Below the pieces are notes generated by a model. That model saw nothing but the letters and a program-made list of their open reading frames with translations, was not told the origin of the DNA and did no database searches. Positions 1 through 11,696 of a DNA stretch of 33,894 nt are shown piece by piece. Origin of the DNA: Jimgerdemannia flammicorona (taxonomy: Eukaryota); assembly GCA_003990765.1 (NCBI GenBank), contig RBNJ01000293.1, positions 1-33,894 of the forward strand. The letters are read 5' to 3'. Made by a program: the position numbers and the translations under genes. The stretch's first letter is position 1. Each line of letters opens with the position of its first letter.

Positions 1-1268
1 CCCACCCCTTCTTGATGAAAGACTACTTTATCAACCATCATTACTACCTGCCCACCACTCTGTTTATATATCTCCTCTATTAGATGGCAATGTCACCCAC
101 CCTAGAGACCCCAACCAATCCACCACCTAGTCAGTAGATCTTCCACCAAAGCCTCTCACCTCAACAACTTCTCCTGCATCCCTATTTATTGTCCTTCCTC
201 AAAAACAAAGAGCCAATGCCCAGCCAAACCTACCCACACTACTATAACCTACCCTACCATGAGCCACCCATTACTGATACCTTTCACCAGTCTAGATCTC
301 AAATCCTCCCAGCGACCCCTCTTATCATCCAGCCTCCTTCCTACACCCAGCTAGTCCCCTATAGCTATCCACAAGTCTCCCAATATCTCACATTCTCCCA
401 GCCAATGTTCTGGCATCTGCACAACTCCCCCAGCCTACCCTATATTATAACACTTCTCACAATCCAGTCAGCCACCAACCACCAGATGCCCAGCATGGAA
501 ATTCAACATAATATTCCTCTATAGCATTCTCCACCAAACTACCCAGAACTTGGGAGGAAGCCATCTCCATACCTCAGCACTCCAGAACCAGATTCCTGCC
601 CAGTCCCACTTCTCACCAATCCCCACTGTCTACCAGCTCTTTGGCCAAAGGTCTTGGCTAAGACCTTGCTGACACTCCACTCCATTGCCAATGTCAAACT
701 CAGCAAGCAGAGTCCCCTCTAGAAGCAGTTGGTCCCATCTCCATATAGTAGGGCCCCATACCATCTCTCTCTTATTGCTACACCAGCGCAGGCCTATCTG
801 GTGTGCTCCATCCACCACTCCCCACCAGAAGCCCTTATATCACATCTAGCAGCTTCCATTCAGACCCACCAGAGAGAGTAAATCGCCCAAGGACCCTCAA
901 GGGGAGAATCTCTTCTCCTACACCTTCTGCATCAATAGTACCCAATCTCCTTTCTGTAGCTCCACCACCCTTCTCAACTATCAGGTATGCAGACAGTGTA
1001 GCCGCTTAGGGAAATCTACCAAACCAAGGCCTCCCCTAATCCCCAGCTCTACCAGGGTATCCCAACTGATCTGAGACCTTCTTCCTGCCCAAATCCAATC
1101 CCTAGCCAGCTTTATCAGCCTCTTCACCACTCAGGCTAGAAAGTCTAAGTGATATGCCACATACCACAGTTTGGAGAACCAGTAAATATTCAAGATCAAA
1201 ACCCTCCCTACTAGGGAGATGTGATGATCACCCCAATCTTTAAGAACCTCTCTCTAAACAGCTACTCT
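1..1268 (-). mobile_element. L1/Tx1-like LINE copy A, 3' part of ORF2 (post-RT and C-terminal Cys/His region), decayed; continues left of the window
   Basis: Colinear similarity to 22935-24200 of LINE C (e.g. ccaccagatgcccag..tggaaattca, tggccaaaggtcttggc, tgcccaaatccaatccctagcca). Stops abruptly at the LTR start at 1269. Confidence 0.9.
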
Positions 1269-3334
1269 TGTAAGAGGGTTGCTTTTTAGGGTAACTATTA
1301 CATAGTTCTGGAAGGGTTTTTTAGAAGTTCTGGATATTCTAGAAGACTGTTTTCTTATGGTCAAGATCAATTTCATATGGAGTACATCCTCTATACTTAT
1401 TGATTTCAAGATTGAGTTGACGTCTCAACTAAAGTCCTTTTCTAGACTAGTTCTGGATGTTTAGGAGTTTCTGTATTTCAGGAAGTTCAAGAAACTAAGA
1501 CCAGCTCAGTTGAATTGGCGTATCGCTGCAGACAATACCCAATTAGGAAATTTTGTGATGGGATTAGGAGTGAGACCTAACAGAGAGCAGATTTACTTAA
1601 GAGTAGTTTGTAGGTTATTAAATAGGTTTATTCACTATTCATGATATTGCTATACTAGGAGTAGTTGTATGTATAAAGAGATATTGTGGAGAAGTGTTCA
1701 GAAATGTTCTTATGTGTTTGAGTCTGAGATTCTGAGGTCTGGGGGAGGGGGTATTTATACTAGTGAGGGGCTATCTGGACTATACTAGATATGGATGTAG
1801 CACTAAGTATCTTGCTGAGTCAGAATGCAGTCATATAGTATAAGTGTGATCTGACATGTCAAGAGATCATCTGACTGCTGAGTCAGTTTACAGTTATATC
1901 ATATAAGGCTAATCTAACTATACTATGACTGCTGAGCTATTTATAGGTTTAGATGCTGTCTGGGTAGTCTTCAATGATATCACCATCAATGACATCATCT
2001 CTGATGAAGTAGTCATCTAAGAAGAGTGGTTCACGGATTACTTCTCCTTGTTCACTGAGATAATAATATATTGGAACTTCATTGCCATCCCACAGAATTG
2101 CATCATCTGTCTCATATACTAGATAAGGTGTTGGTGAGCGAAAGAGTGGTATATCATCTTCACTTTTATCAGTTTTGCTATCTGTATACCTTCTGTAGGT
2201 TATAGTACTATAAGTTGCAGGATTGTAGTAAGCTGGTGGCTGTAGTTCATGTCACTCGTACTCGAGTGGTAGAGTGGTTGGTTCAATCTCAAGAGTTGTC
2301 TGGAGGTACAGGTTGTATTCTCCAGTCTCTTCATTGTAGTTGAAGTAATCAGGGGTGAACGTGGGTTGGTATTCATGCCAGTGGTCATTGTCCTAATAAG
2401 TCTCATATATAGTTATGAACTGTTGTAAGTTCATCAGCAAGGTTGGTGGCATGATCAGAGTTGGTAGAGATCCTTAGCTTGAGGTTATGTTGGCATCAGA
2501 GGGATCATTGTCTTCTGCTTCATCTTCATCAAAGTGGATTATATTGTAAATATCCTTTATAGCATAACCAACTTGAGATATTTGCAGAATATGGTTGTCA
2601 GGGTGCAGGAAGGTTCTGTCTGTGGTTTCAATATACTTGAGGTACTTGTGGTTAAGTTCTTGTATCATGTCATCGATTTGGCCATAGGACAGAGTAGCAA
2701 CCATTTTGGTGGTAGTAACTCAGAGGTAGGGAATAAAGGTACTGTACTCATAGAAGAGTTCTTGATGTTTGCGGGCAATGAGTTTCTGGTATTGAGATAT
2801 CTGAGTAATGTCTGTATCATAGTGGTGTTTGACCATGTCTTCTAGGAGGCAACTGATCTGGTAGTAGCTTGAGATTTGTCCAATCTGGTAGGCCTCATTA
2901 AGCATGTTCAGGGTATTCCATCAGGCTTCCATGAAGTAGAGGGGTGCTAGGCTATGGATATTTATAAGGGGCAGAGGGGGTGTGACTCGGTTGACAATGG
3001 TATTCCAAATGTCAGCATGGATGTGGTTATAGATCTCAGTGGTCATGTTTATGTGTTTGGAAGTTGTAGTTGTTGTTTGTTTTGGTTCTCTGTTTTGATG
3101 CATCTTGGTGCTCAGTATATATGCATTTGGTCCTAATTGGTAAGATTCTGTTTATATAAATCTTATGTTCTGTGACTTTGTATTGACTCAGCTTTGTATG
3201 CTGTGACTTCAGTTTGACTCAGCTTCATGATCAAGCAGGTGATTTCCACATTTGTTTGGAGGTCTCATGTGATTTTGGTGGCTTGTTCAAAGAGTGATGT
3301 GTGATTTCAGTAGCTTGGAGGTTGTGCACTTACA
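1269..3334 (-). repeat. 3' LTR (2066 bp)
   Basis: Starts tgtaagagggttgc at 1269, ends cttaca at 3334; direct repeat of 9844-11916. Confidence 0.95.
1949..3046 (-). pseudogene. LTR(U3)-embedded ORF, 3' LTR copy, 365 codons with several premature stops; unknown protein
   Basis: ORF-track pieces 2921-3103, 2720-2905 and 2474-2704 are in one frame, separated by stops explainable by C>T. Same 1098-bp length as the 5' LTR copy. Confidence 0.8.
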
Positions 3335-3348
3335 ACTCTCCCCTTCTT
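3335..3348 (-). other. Polypurine tract (AAGAAGGGGAGAGT)
   Basis: Purine run immediately 5' of the TG start of the 3' LTR on the minus strand. Confidence 0.9.
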
Positions 3349-3779
3349 AGCTTTCAATGTCCTCGTCAGGGCCTTCTAATTTTGTTCTAGTGTTGTTATA
3401 CTATTTGAGAGATCAAAAGTCCAGTGAAGTCTATTTTTCTCAGAAAGTGGTATGCTTATAGTACAGTTGCTTAACACATTGGATTCATACGTTAAAGAGT
3501 CGTGTGTTCGATGCCATATGCCAGAAGTGATTCTGATATTATTTACTGCTGGAGAATTTCCTCTAAGAATCTTCTTAAATGTCTATGCCTCATTTCCCAC
3601 CAGTAGTATAGGGAGAATAGGCTTGCTTTCAGTTTTGCTATTTTTCCAGAGGGTCGGTATTCTTGTCTTGTTTTACTGAGTTCTTGATTTTTGTTCATGA
3701 TAATTATAGTATTTCAGGAGGGTAATATATAGTATATACTGATAGGTATCAGAGTATTCAGATTTCAGTTGTTCAAGGA

Positions 3780-6700
3780 ATCATATTCCTGAACTAAGTT
3801 AGTGGCATTCTGGAGGTTGGTCTTGGATTCCCATATGGCATCATGGATTGGGTAATCTTTCCATTTGACAAGGTACTTAGAGTGGTTCTTGTGGCCATGT
3901 TTGTTGAGGATTTGTTCAACTTCATATTCTTTTTGGTCATTAATAATGACAGGTACAGGTAGTTTGGTGGTCTGGTTTGGAAATAGCTCATCATCATTTT
4001 CATTATATCACTTGAGATGTTGGACATTGAAGACTGGGTGAATCTTAATGGTATCTGGTAGTGCTAGTTTGTAGGAGGTCTGAGAGATTTATGCAATGAC
4101 TTCGAATGGTCCAATAAACTTACTGTTCAGCTTTGTAGATGGTCTGTACTTAAGGTTGTCAACTCAGTATCCTCAGATATCTAGTAGAACCTTTTCTCCA
4201 ATATCAAAGGTTTCTTCTTAGTGGTGTTGGTTAACATACTGTAACTGTTGTTCTTGAGCTCGTGATAAATTCTCAATTGCAATCTGACTTAGATTACACA
4301 TTTGGAGTAAGAATTCTTCAACAGCTTTGACTGTGGAGGGTTCTTCAGTAGTCTGGATGAGTGTCAAAGGGGTGTTTGGATTTTGTCTAGTGTTGGTGAA
4401 GAATGGAGTCATTCCAAGAGAGACTTGCTTGCTGTTGTTGTAAGCAAACTCGACTGTAGTGAGGTGTTCATGCCAATTATCTTGTCTGTAGGAAATATAG
4501 TTCCTTAGCATTTGTTCCAGAATTTGGTTCATCCTTTCAGTTTGGCCATCAGTTTCAGGGTGAAAGGCTGTAGATAGTGCAAGTTTTGTTCCAAGGTATG
4601 CATGGAGGGCTTTCTAAAAATAGCTGATGAATTTTAGATCTCAGTCACTAATAATAATCTTAGGGAGACCATGATAGCAGAAGATATTGTCAAACAAGAG
4701 TGTGGCTATGTCTGGTGCTGTTGCAGTGATAGTAGTTGGTACAAAGTGGGTTTGTTTGCTGAGATAGTCCACAAAGACAACAATTGCATCTTTTCCAGTC
4801 TTAGTTCAGGGTAGTTGTACAATGAAGTCCATGGATATTTATTCCCTATTAATGGATAGTACTGGGATAGGGTGTAGTAAACTAGGTTTTGCTAGTATTG
4901 AGGACTTGTTTCATTGGCAGACATCACAGAAAGTAATATAGGTCTTGAGCTGATCTACTATGTAGGGCCAATAGAAGTTTCGGGAGATAACTTCGTAACA
5001 TTTATCAAATCCTAAATATCCAGCTATAGGGGCATCATGACATTCAAATAGGATAGTCTTTCGGAGGTCTCGGTTGTTTGAAACATACAGTCTGTCCTTG
5101 TAGTAGATAGCATTGTCCTTGAGTTAGTATTGATGGTACCAGGTATGCTTGTCAGCATCATCACTATTCAGAATTTCTTGGAGTGCTTGAGCTTTTTTGT
5201 CATTAGCACATGCTGCAATAATTTTTCCATGATAGTATTGGTAACTAAGGTGAGAGTTTGGATAACTTCTTCAATGGGTGGTCTGGAGATTGCATCGGCA
5301 ATAACATTCTCCTTGCCAGGGTGATACTGGATTTCATAGTCAAAGTTGGTGAGGACTTTTATCCATCTGGCTTGCTTTCGAGAAAGGGTAGTCTGTATCT
5401 TGATGTTGACTAATGACTTGTAGTCAGTCAATATAGTGAAGTGTGCTCCTTCTAGGTATGGTTGCCATTTGATCAGAGTGTCTACGATGGCTAGCATTTC
5501 CTTCTCATAAGTTACATAGTTGATTTTGGCATCATTGAACTTGCAGGAATGATAGGCCATGGGGTGTCCTTCTTGCATGAGTATGGCTCTAAGGGCTAGG
5601 TCAGAGGCATCAGTGGTAACTTCATATGGCAGGGCAGGGTTTGCTGCTTGAAGTACTGGAGTGATTATCAGGGTATCCTTCAGTGCTTGAAAGGCTGTAT
5701 CTTGTTTGGGTTTCCAATTTACAAGATTGTTAAAGTCTTTCTCTTATTTCATAGTCTAGGGTTGTTCTTCTTTCTTACTGTGCTTGGTTATTTGGGTAAG
5801 AGCAGTAGCGATTTTGGCGAAGTTGGCAACAAATCATCTATAATAGTTTGCTAATCCCAGGAATAACTGAAGGTCTTTCAGCTTCTTAAGTCTGGACCAA
5901 TCCTTGATTGCAGAGATTTTGCTGGGGTCCACTTTAATTCCATTTGGAGTGACAATGTGTCCAAGGAATTGAATTTCTTTCAGGAGAAATTCACACTTGC
6001 TGAGTTTTGCAAAAAGTCAGTTTTCTTGGAGTTTCAGTAGTACTAGTTCAAGGTATTCAAGATGTTCCTCCAGGGTTTTGCTGAAGACTAGGATGTCATC
6101 AATATAGACAACATTGAATTTGTTCAGATATGGGTGCAGGATGGTATTCATCAGTGTCTGGAAGGTAGCAGGAGCATTAGTTAAGCCAAAGGGTATAATC
6201 AGGAACTCGAAGTGTCCATAGTGGGTTCGGAATGCTGTCTTGTAGATGTCTTCTTCTTTCATAGCAATTTGCCAGTAACCATTTCATAGATCGAAAGAGC
6301 TCATAAATTGCAGGTTGGTGAGCCTATTGAATATTTCATTGATTCTAGATAATGGGCAATAGTTCTTGATGGTCTGTTAATTGAGGTTACGGTAATCAAT
6401 ACACATTCATAAGTCTTCTCCTTTCTTGACAACAAAGAGAACTGGTACACCATAGGGTGATACACTGAGTCTAATGAATCCTTGTTCTAGGAGTTTGTCA
6501 ATTTCCTTCTTAAGTGCATCAATTTCTCTCAGAGACATGAGGTAGATTGACTTGAAGGCTGGTTTGGCATCTGGGATAGTCTTGATGGCATGGTCTACTG
6601 CTTGTTTGGAAGATAGGCCTTTCAGGAGCTTCTTTGGGAATATGTCTCGGAATTTCTAGAGTAGAGGTCTGACATGGCTGTCAACTTTGGAAAAGTCTTC

Positions 6701-7230
6701 TTCAGAGTTCTCAGGTTCTCCTTTAGATAGACAGATGGAGATAGCAAAGAGAGGGCATTTCTTGGCCAATTTCTTGAGTTGTAGCTTGTTGATATGGGTG
6801 ATCTTTGGTCCAGAGTCACTAGAGTTGAGTGGATCCTTTTCACCTTGCAGTTTGAAGTTATAGTGTCCTTTCTAGATGGTCAAAGAATGGTTTACCCAAT
6901 CGATCATGGGGTTTTCTTATTTTAACCATAGAGTCCCAAGGATGATTTTGTTATCAGGGAGTGGTATAATCTGGAGAGTAATATATACTCGGTAGTCACT
7001 AATTCAGAAGGGCAGATTGTAGACTTCCTTGCTAATAATATGAGAGGTTCTATCAGCTGTAGCAACTGCTTGAGTTTGTTGTACTGGGGAGGTGAAGACC
7101 TTGAGTCTGTTGGCTGTTTCTTTATTGATAAAGTTGCCTGAGGCACCACTGTCTATCATAATCTTGACAGGTACTCAATTGATAAAAGCTTTAAGTGTAA
7201 GCAGTTTGTCTGATCCAATAGTGGTGATTT
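3780..7230 (-). pseudogene. pol: pol: aspartic protease, reverse transcriptase, RNase H, integrase, chromodomain (multiple stops)
   Basis: MIDSGASGNFI (~7150); [25 protein letters not shown] and [10 protein letters not shown] (~6100-6240); TDAS..EKEMLAIV (~5490-5620); FECHD..FCDVCQ, SMDFI and HPETDGQTERMNQ (4500-5040); KFIGPF (~4110); EYEVEQIL..YLVKWKDY..WES (3800-3930). Confidence 0.95.
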
Positions 7231-7424
7231 TGGTTATAGGAGCTTTCCTTCTGTTGGTTCTTCTTTGAGCCAGTTCATTGACACAAGAGAAGCAATCATC
7301 AATCATTTGGGAAGAGTACATTCCAATACCATGGGGGCATCAGCCACTAGATATATATCTATCTTCAATTTTCTTATAGAATTGTTCTTTTTTGTTTATG
7401 GTTGGTTGAGCTGGGGCCTTGTTT

Positions 7425-7830
7425 GATAAGCCAAATCCTTTGGATCCTCGGATGGTAGGTAGTAGTTCAGAGACTTCCTTAACTGTCAGAGTTGACTCAA
7501 TTTTCTCAAATAGGATCTGGGCAATGCAGAAACCAATAGGGATCTTGAAGGGTGTCCAACTGTGGTTTTGGATGAGGATAATAATTTTGCCTGTATAATC
7601 TTCATCAATGACTCCTCCTTCTACTGAGAGTTCTTTCAATGCTAGACTGCTGCAACAGCATATTCTTCCAACATGTCCTTCAGGAATTTGGATACTGATT
7701 CCTATATAGACTTGCTTGACTTCTTGGTTGGAAACTATAGCTTCTTCGGCTGCATACAGGTCATATCCAGCTGCTTTTTGACTTCCTTTGGTTGGGGCCT
7801 TGGTAGTTTGCCTTAACTTGACAAAGTCTA
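7425..7830 (-). pseudogene. dut: dUTPase domain, in frame with gag and upstream of the protease
   Basis: Five trimeric dUTPase motifs: AAGYDL, (R>C)SSLA, GGVIDEDYTG, IAQI, RGSKGFG. Confidence 0.93.
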
Positions 7831-7889
7831 GTATTCTGGTGGTCAGATTGTTGAGGTAGTGTAGAGTGGTAACAGTTGCTCATGTTGCT

Positions 7890-9720
7890 GTTCAGGGTTT
7901 TCAGTTAGGGCAGGCACTGGCCATGTATCCTGTCTTTCGTATACTCTGCTTCTTCAAAGTTCATTCCTTTCTCCTTCAGTCAGTTTCTTGAAGATATTCA
8001 CCTGGGTGAGTTTGTGATTTCTGGGTGTCCAAGAGGTGGATGTGAAGGAAGCTTGGAATGCTTTATGCTTGGGTTCTTCTTTCTTGGTCCAAGTTTTTTC
8101 CTTGTTGTTGAATTGTCTTTGGGGCAGAATTGGTCCAGCTATTAGGATTTACTTAACCATGGTCTTGATTCTTGCCAGGCCCATTGTTGGTGATCACAAT
8201 CAACTGGGCAGCCTTGTTTTTGGATTTTTCTAATAAGCTATTCAGACAGTACATCGAATAAATGGTCTGCTCTTATACCATTTCATGCTTCATCATTGGT
8301 GATATATCTTAGGCCAACAGTGTTCAGGAGTAACTCAAGTTTTGTACAGAAGGTTTCGAATTCTTCTTTGCTATGTACATTGAATTTGAGATTGTGGAGT
8401 TTTACTCAAGATTCAGCAATCATAGTTTCACTGCAGTATTGAGCAATTATGAGTTGTTTGAGTTCAGGGGCTGCAGGATGGACTTCATATCCTGAGGCAT
8501 TGTTTGCTGTATTCTGAGCAACTACTGCAGGTCAGGTGTTCCAAGTGAGGGGTTTTCAGGAAGGGTTCACCACCATTCTTCAGCAGGTTCTCGGAAGAAT
8601 ATAACAACTCAGTGGACATAGGCTATAGTGATAGCAAAGAGTTGTTCCAGAGTGTGGTCTTGATTGTTTATCAGAACGTAGTCAGCAACTCACTCATTTG
8701 TCTATTAATTGGCTTCAAAGTTGGTGTCAACTATACTAATGAAGCTTTGAACTTCTTGTGCAGTACCATTGAAGGTAGGTAGACTCAGAATTTTAGTAGG
8801 TCAGGTCTGTTCAGCTAGGGCAATAATGGTTGCTGCCATTATCACTACCTGGACTGTAAGGTCTAGAATCTGTTGGTTTGCCATATTGTTTGCTGGAGGT
8901 GATTGGACTACTGGTAGTGGTGTTACTGGTACTACTTGAGGTATTGGTGTAGAGTGTGAGGGTGTTCTTTGGGTCTGTGTAAGTTGCTGGAGTAGTAGTT
9001 GTGAGTCTGAAGTAAGGGCTTGATAGATAGCTGTTTGTTGCTGTATAGGTATATTCTGTTCTGATAGAGGGGTGTCTCTTTCGGTAGTGTATCTGAGATT
9101 GAATTCACTGAGATACTCCTCCTCCTCAGTTTGGTCCCTGTGTAATTGGGTTTGCTCAGCATTAAAGTAGACAGAATCAGTTGTATATCTGATTTCAGAT
9201 GGACTTAATTCGAAGTCAAGTTCTGGTTCAGTGTTGGTTTCAGATTTAGGTAGGGTAGTAGCAGGACCTGCTTCTGGTTCAGGGTCTAATAGTTGATGAA
9301 GGATTTCTCTTACTTCTTCTTTAAGAATATGGTAGGCCTTGCTGTTCTGGAATTGGTAGTATAACATGGTCTTGGTCCTGGTATGGTGAAAGTTGGTAGA
9401 GTTGAGCTACTTGGCTATAGAGGCTTGGGCTTTATGAGGAACTAAGGCTAGAAAGGCTGCTGCTGGTTGTCCTAGATTGCTTGGATTTGTGGAGCTGACA
9501 AAACTCTTATTGAGAAGAGTAAAGAAGGCTTCAATAAGACCTTCTTCATCTTGACTTACTGGGTGTAGTGCAAGGAGTTTAGTGAATAGAGTTTTGCCTA
9601 TTTATTGATTTAATCAGAATACTTCTTTCTTTGAGTGAAGTTTGTTCCACTTGTTACAGGTGTAGAGGTCAAATTGTCCTTATACGTCAGGTTCAATTCT
9701 CTCCAGATTGTCAGATTATT
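7890..9720 (-). pseudogene. gag: gag with long N-terminal extension and a degenerate CCHC knuckle
   Basis: LPTFNG..FI capsid-like start (~8770); KTG(H>Y)MASACPN knuckle remnant (~7905-7940). The frame of ORF 8801-9367 extends to ~9720 with only transition-type stops. Start position uncertain. Confidence 0.75.
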
Positions 9721-9828
9721 CAGGATAAATTTTAGTTCAGAGGTTGGGCTTTATACCAACTTGTAGGAATTCGCAGAGAGGTTTGTAGTGGAGTGAGGAA
9801 GTGTCTTAAAGCAGAATTGAATTGTAAA

Positions 9829-9840
9829 CTACTACTACCA
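9829..9840 (-). other. Primer-binding site candidate (TGGTAGTAGTAG), 3 nt after the 5' LTR
   Basis: Minus strand reads ...CTTACA ACT TGGTAG...; TGG complements tRNA CCA, and TGGTAG matches initiator-Met-type PBSs. tRNA identity is inferred. Confidence 0.7.
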
Positions 9841-10201
9841 AGTTGTAAGAGGGTTGCTTTTTAGGGTAACCATTTTGTAGTTCTGGAAGGGGTTTCTGGA
9901 GGTTCTGGATATTCTGGAAGACTGTTTTCTTATGGTCAAGATCAATTTCATATGGAGTATGTCCTCTACACTTATTGATTTCAAGATTGGGTTGATGTCT
10001 CAACCAAAGTCCTTTTCTGGACTAGTTCTGGATGTTCAGGAGTTTCCATATTTCAGAAAGTTCAAGAAACTAAGACTAGCTCAGTTGAATTGGCGTATCA
10101 CTGCAGACAATACCCAATTAGGAAATTTCGTGATGGGGTTAGGAGTAGGACCTAATGGGGAGCGGATTTACTTAAGAGTAATTTGTGGGTTATTAAATAG
10201 G

Positions 10202-10340
10202 TTTATTCGCTATTCATGATATTGCTATACTAGGAGTATTGTGTGAAGGAATATTGTGGGGAAGTGCTCAGGAGTTATGTTTGGATTGTTTGAGTCTTTC
10301 AAGTCTGAGATTCTGAGATCTGGGGGAGGGGGTATTTATA
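10202..10340 (-). promoter_or_regulatory. LTR genomic-RNA TATA box (TATAAATA, 10333-10340) and poly(A) signal (AATAAA, 10202-10207)
   Basis: Canonical U3/R order, conserved in the other LTR (1752-1759 and 1627-1632). Confidence 0.65.
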
Positions 10341-10529
10341 CTAGTGAGGGGCTATCTGAACTATGCTAGATATGGATGTAGCACTAAGTGCTTTGCTGAG
10401 TCGGAATGCAGTCACGTAGTACAAGTGTGATCTGACATGTCAAGGGATCATCTGACTGCTGAGTCAGTTCACAGTCACGTCGTACAAGGCTAATCTATCT
10501 ATAATATGACTGCTAGACTATTTATAGGT

Positions 10530-11627
10530 TTAGGCACTATCTGGATAGTCTTCAATGACATCACCATCGATTGCATCATCTCTGATGAAGTAGTCGTCTA
10601 GGAATAATGGTTCGCGGATTACTTCTCCTTGTTGGCTGAGGTAGTAATACATTGGGACTTCATCTCTGTCCCACAGGATAGCATCATCTGTTTCGTATGC
10701 TGGATAAGGTGTTGGTGGGCGAAGGATGGGTATATTGTCTTCGCTTTCATTGGATTCGCTGTCTGTGTACCTTCTATAGGTTACAGCACTATGAGTCGCA
10801 GGGTTGTAGTATGCTGGCAGCTGTGGTTCATGTTGCTCGTACTCAGGTGGTGGAGTGGTTGGTTTGATCTCAAGGGTTGTCTGAAGGTACAGATTGTGTT
10901 CTCCGGTCTCTTCATTGTAATTGAAGTAATCGGGGGTAAATGCGGGTTGGTATTCATACCAGTGGTCATTGTCCCAATAAGTCTCATATGCAGTTATGAA
11001 CTGTTGTAAGTTCATCGGCAAGGTTGGCGGAGTGATCAGGGTTGGCAGAGATTCTTGGCTAGAGGTCATGTCGGTATCAGAGGGATCATTGTCTTCTGCT
11101 TCATCTTTGTTGAAGTGGATTATATCATAGACGTCCTTCATGGCATATCCAACTTGAGGCATTTGCAGGATGTGGTCGTCAGGGTGCGGGAAGGTTCTGT
11201 CTGTGGTCTGGACATATTCAAGGTACTTGTGGTTGATTTCTTGTATCATGTCATCGATTTGGCCATAGGACAGGGTAGCAACCATTTCGCTGGTAGTAAC
11301 TCAGAGGCGGAGAATAAAGGTGTTGTACTCATAGAAGAGTTCTCGATATTTGCGGGCAATGAGCTTCTGGTGTTGAGACATCTGGGTAATATCTGTATCA
11401 TGGTGGTGTTCAACTATATCTTCTAGGAGGCGGCCAATCTGGTAGTAGCTTGAGATTTGTCCGATTCGGTGGGCCTCACTAAGCATGTTCAGGGCGTTCC
11501 ATCAGGCTTCCACAAAGTAGAGGGGTGCCAGGCTATAGATATTCATGAGGGGCAGAGGGGGTGTGGCTCAGTTGACAATGGCATTCCAAATGTCAGCGTG
11601 GATACGGTTGTAGATCTCGGTGGTCAT
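10530..11627 (-). pseudogene. LTR(U3)-embedded ORF, 5' LTR copy, 365 codons (MTTEIYNRIHADIW...IEDYPDSA) with three TGA stops; unknown acidic Tyr/Pro-rich protein
   Basis: ORFs 11301-11486 and 10530-11285 are in frame with the ATG at 11627. The first TGA is CGA in the 3' LTR copy. Confidence 0.85.
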
Positions 11628-11696
11628 GTTTGTGTGTTTGGAAGTTGTGGTTATTGTTTGTTTTGGTTCTCTGATTCGACGTGTCTCGGTGCTCAG

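Noticed and set aside
1265..1268. CTCT/CTAT as a degenerate 4-bp TSD of the Gypsy
   Set aside because: The mismatch is a transversion and the flanks come from LINE positions ~4.3 kb apart.
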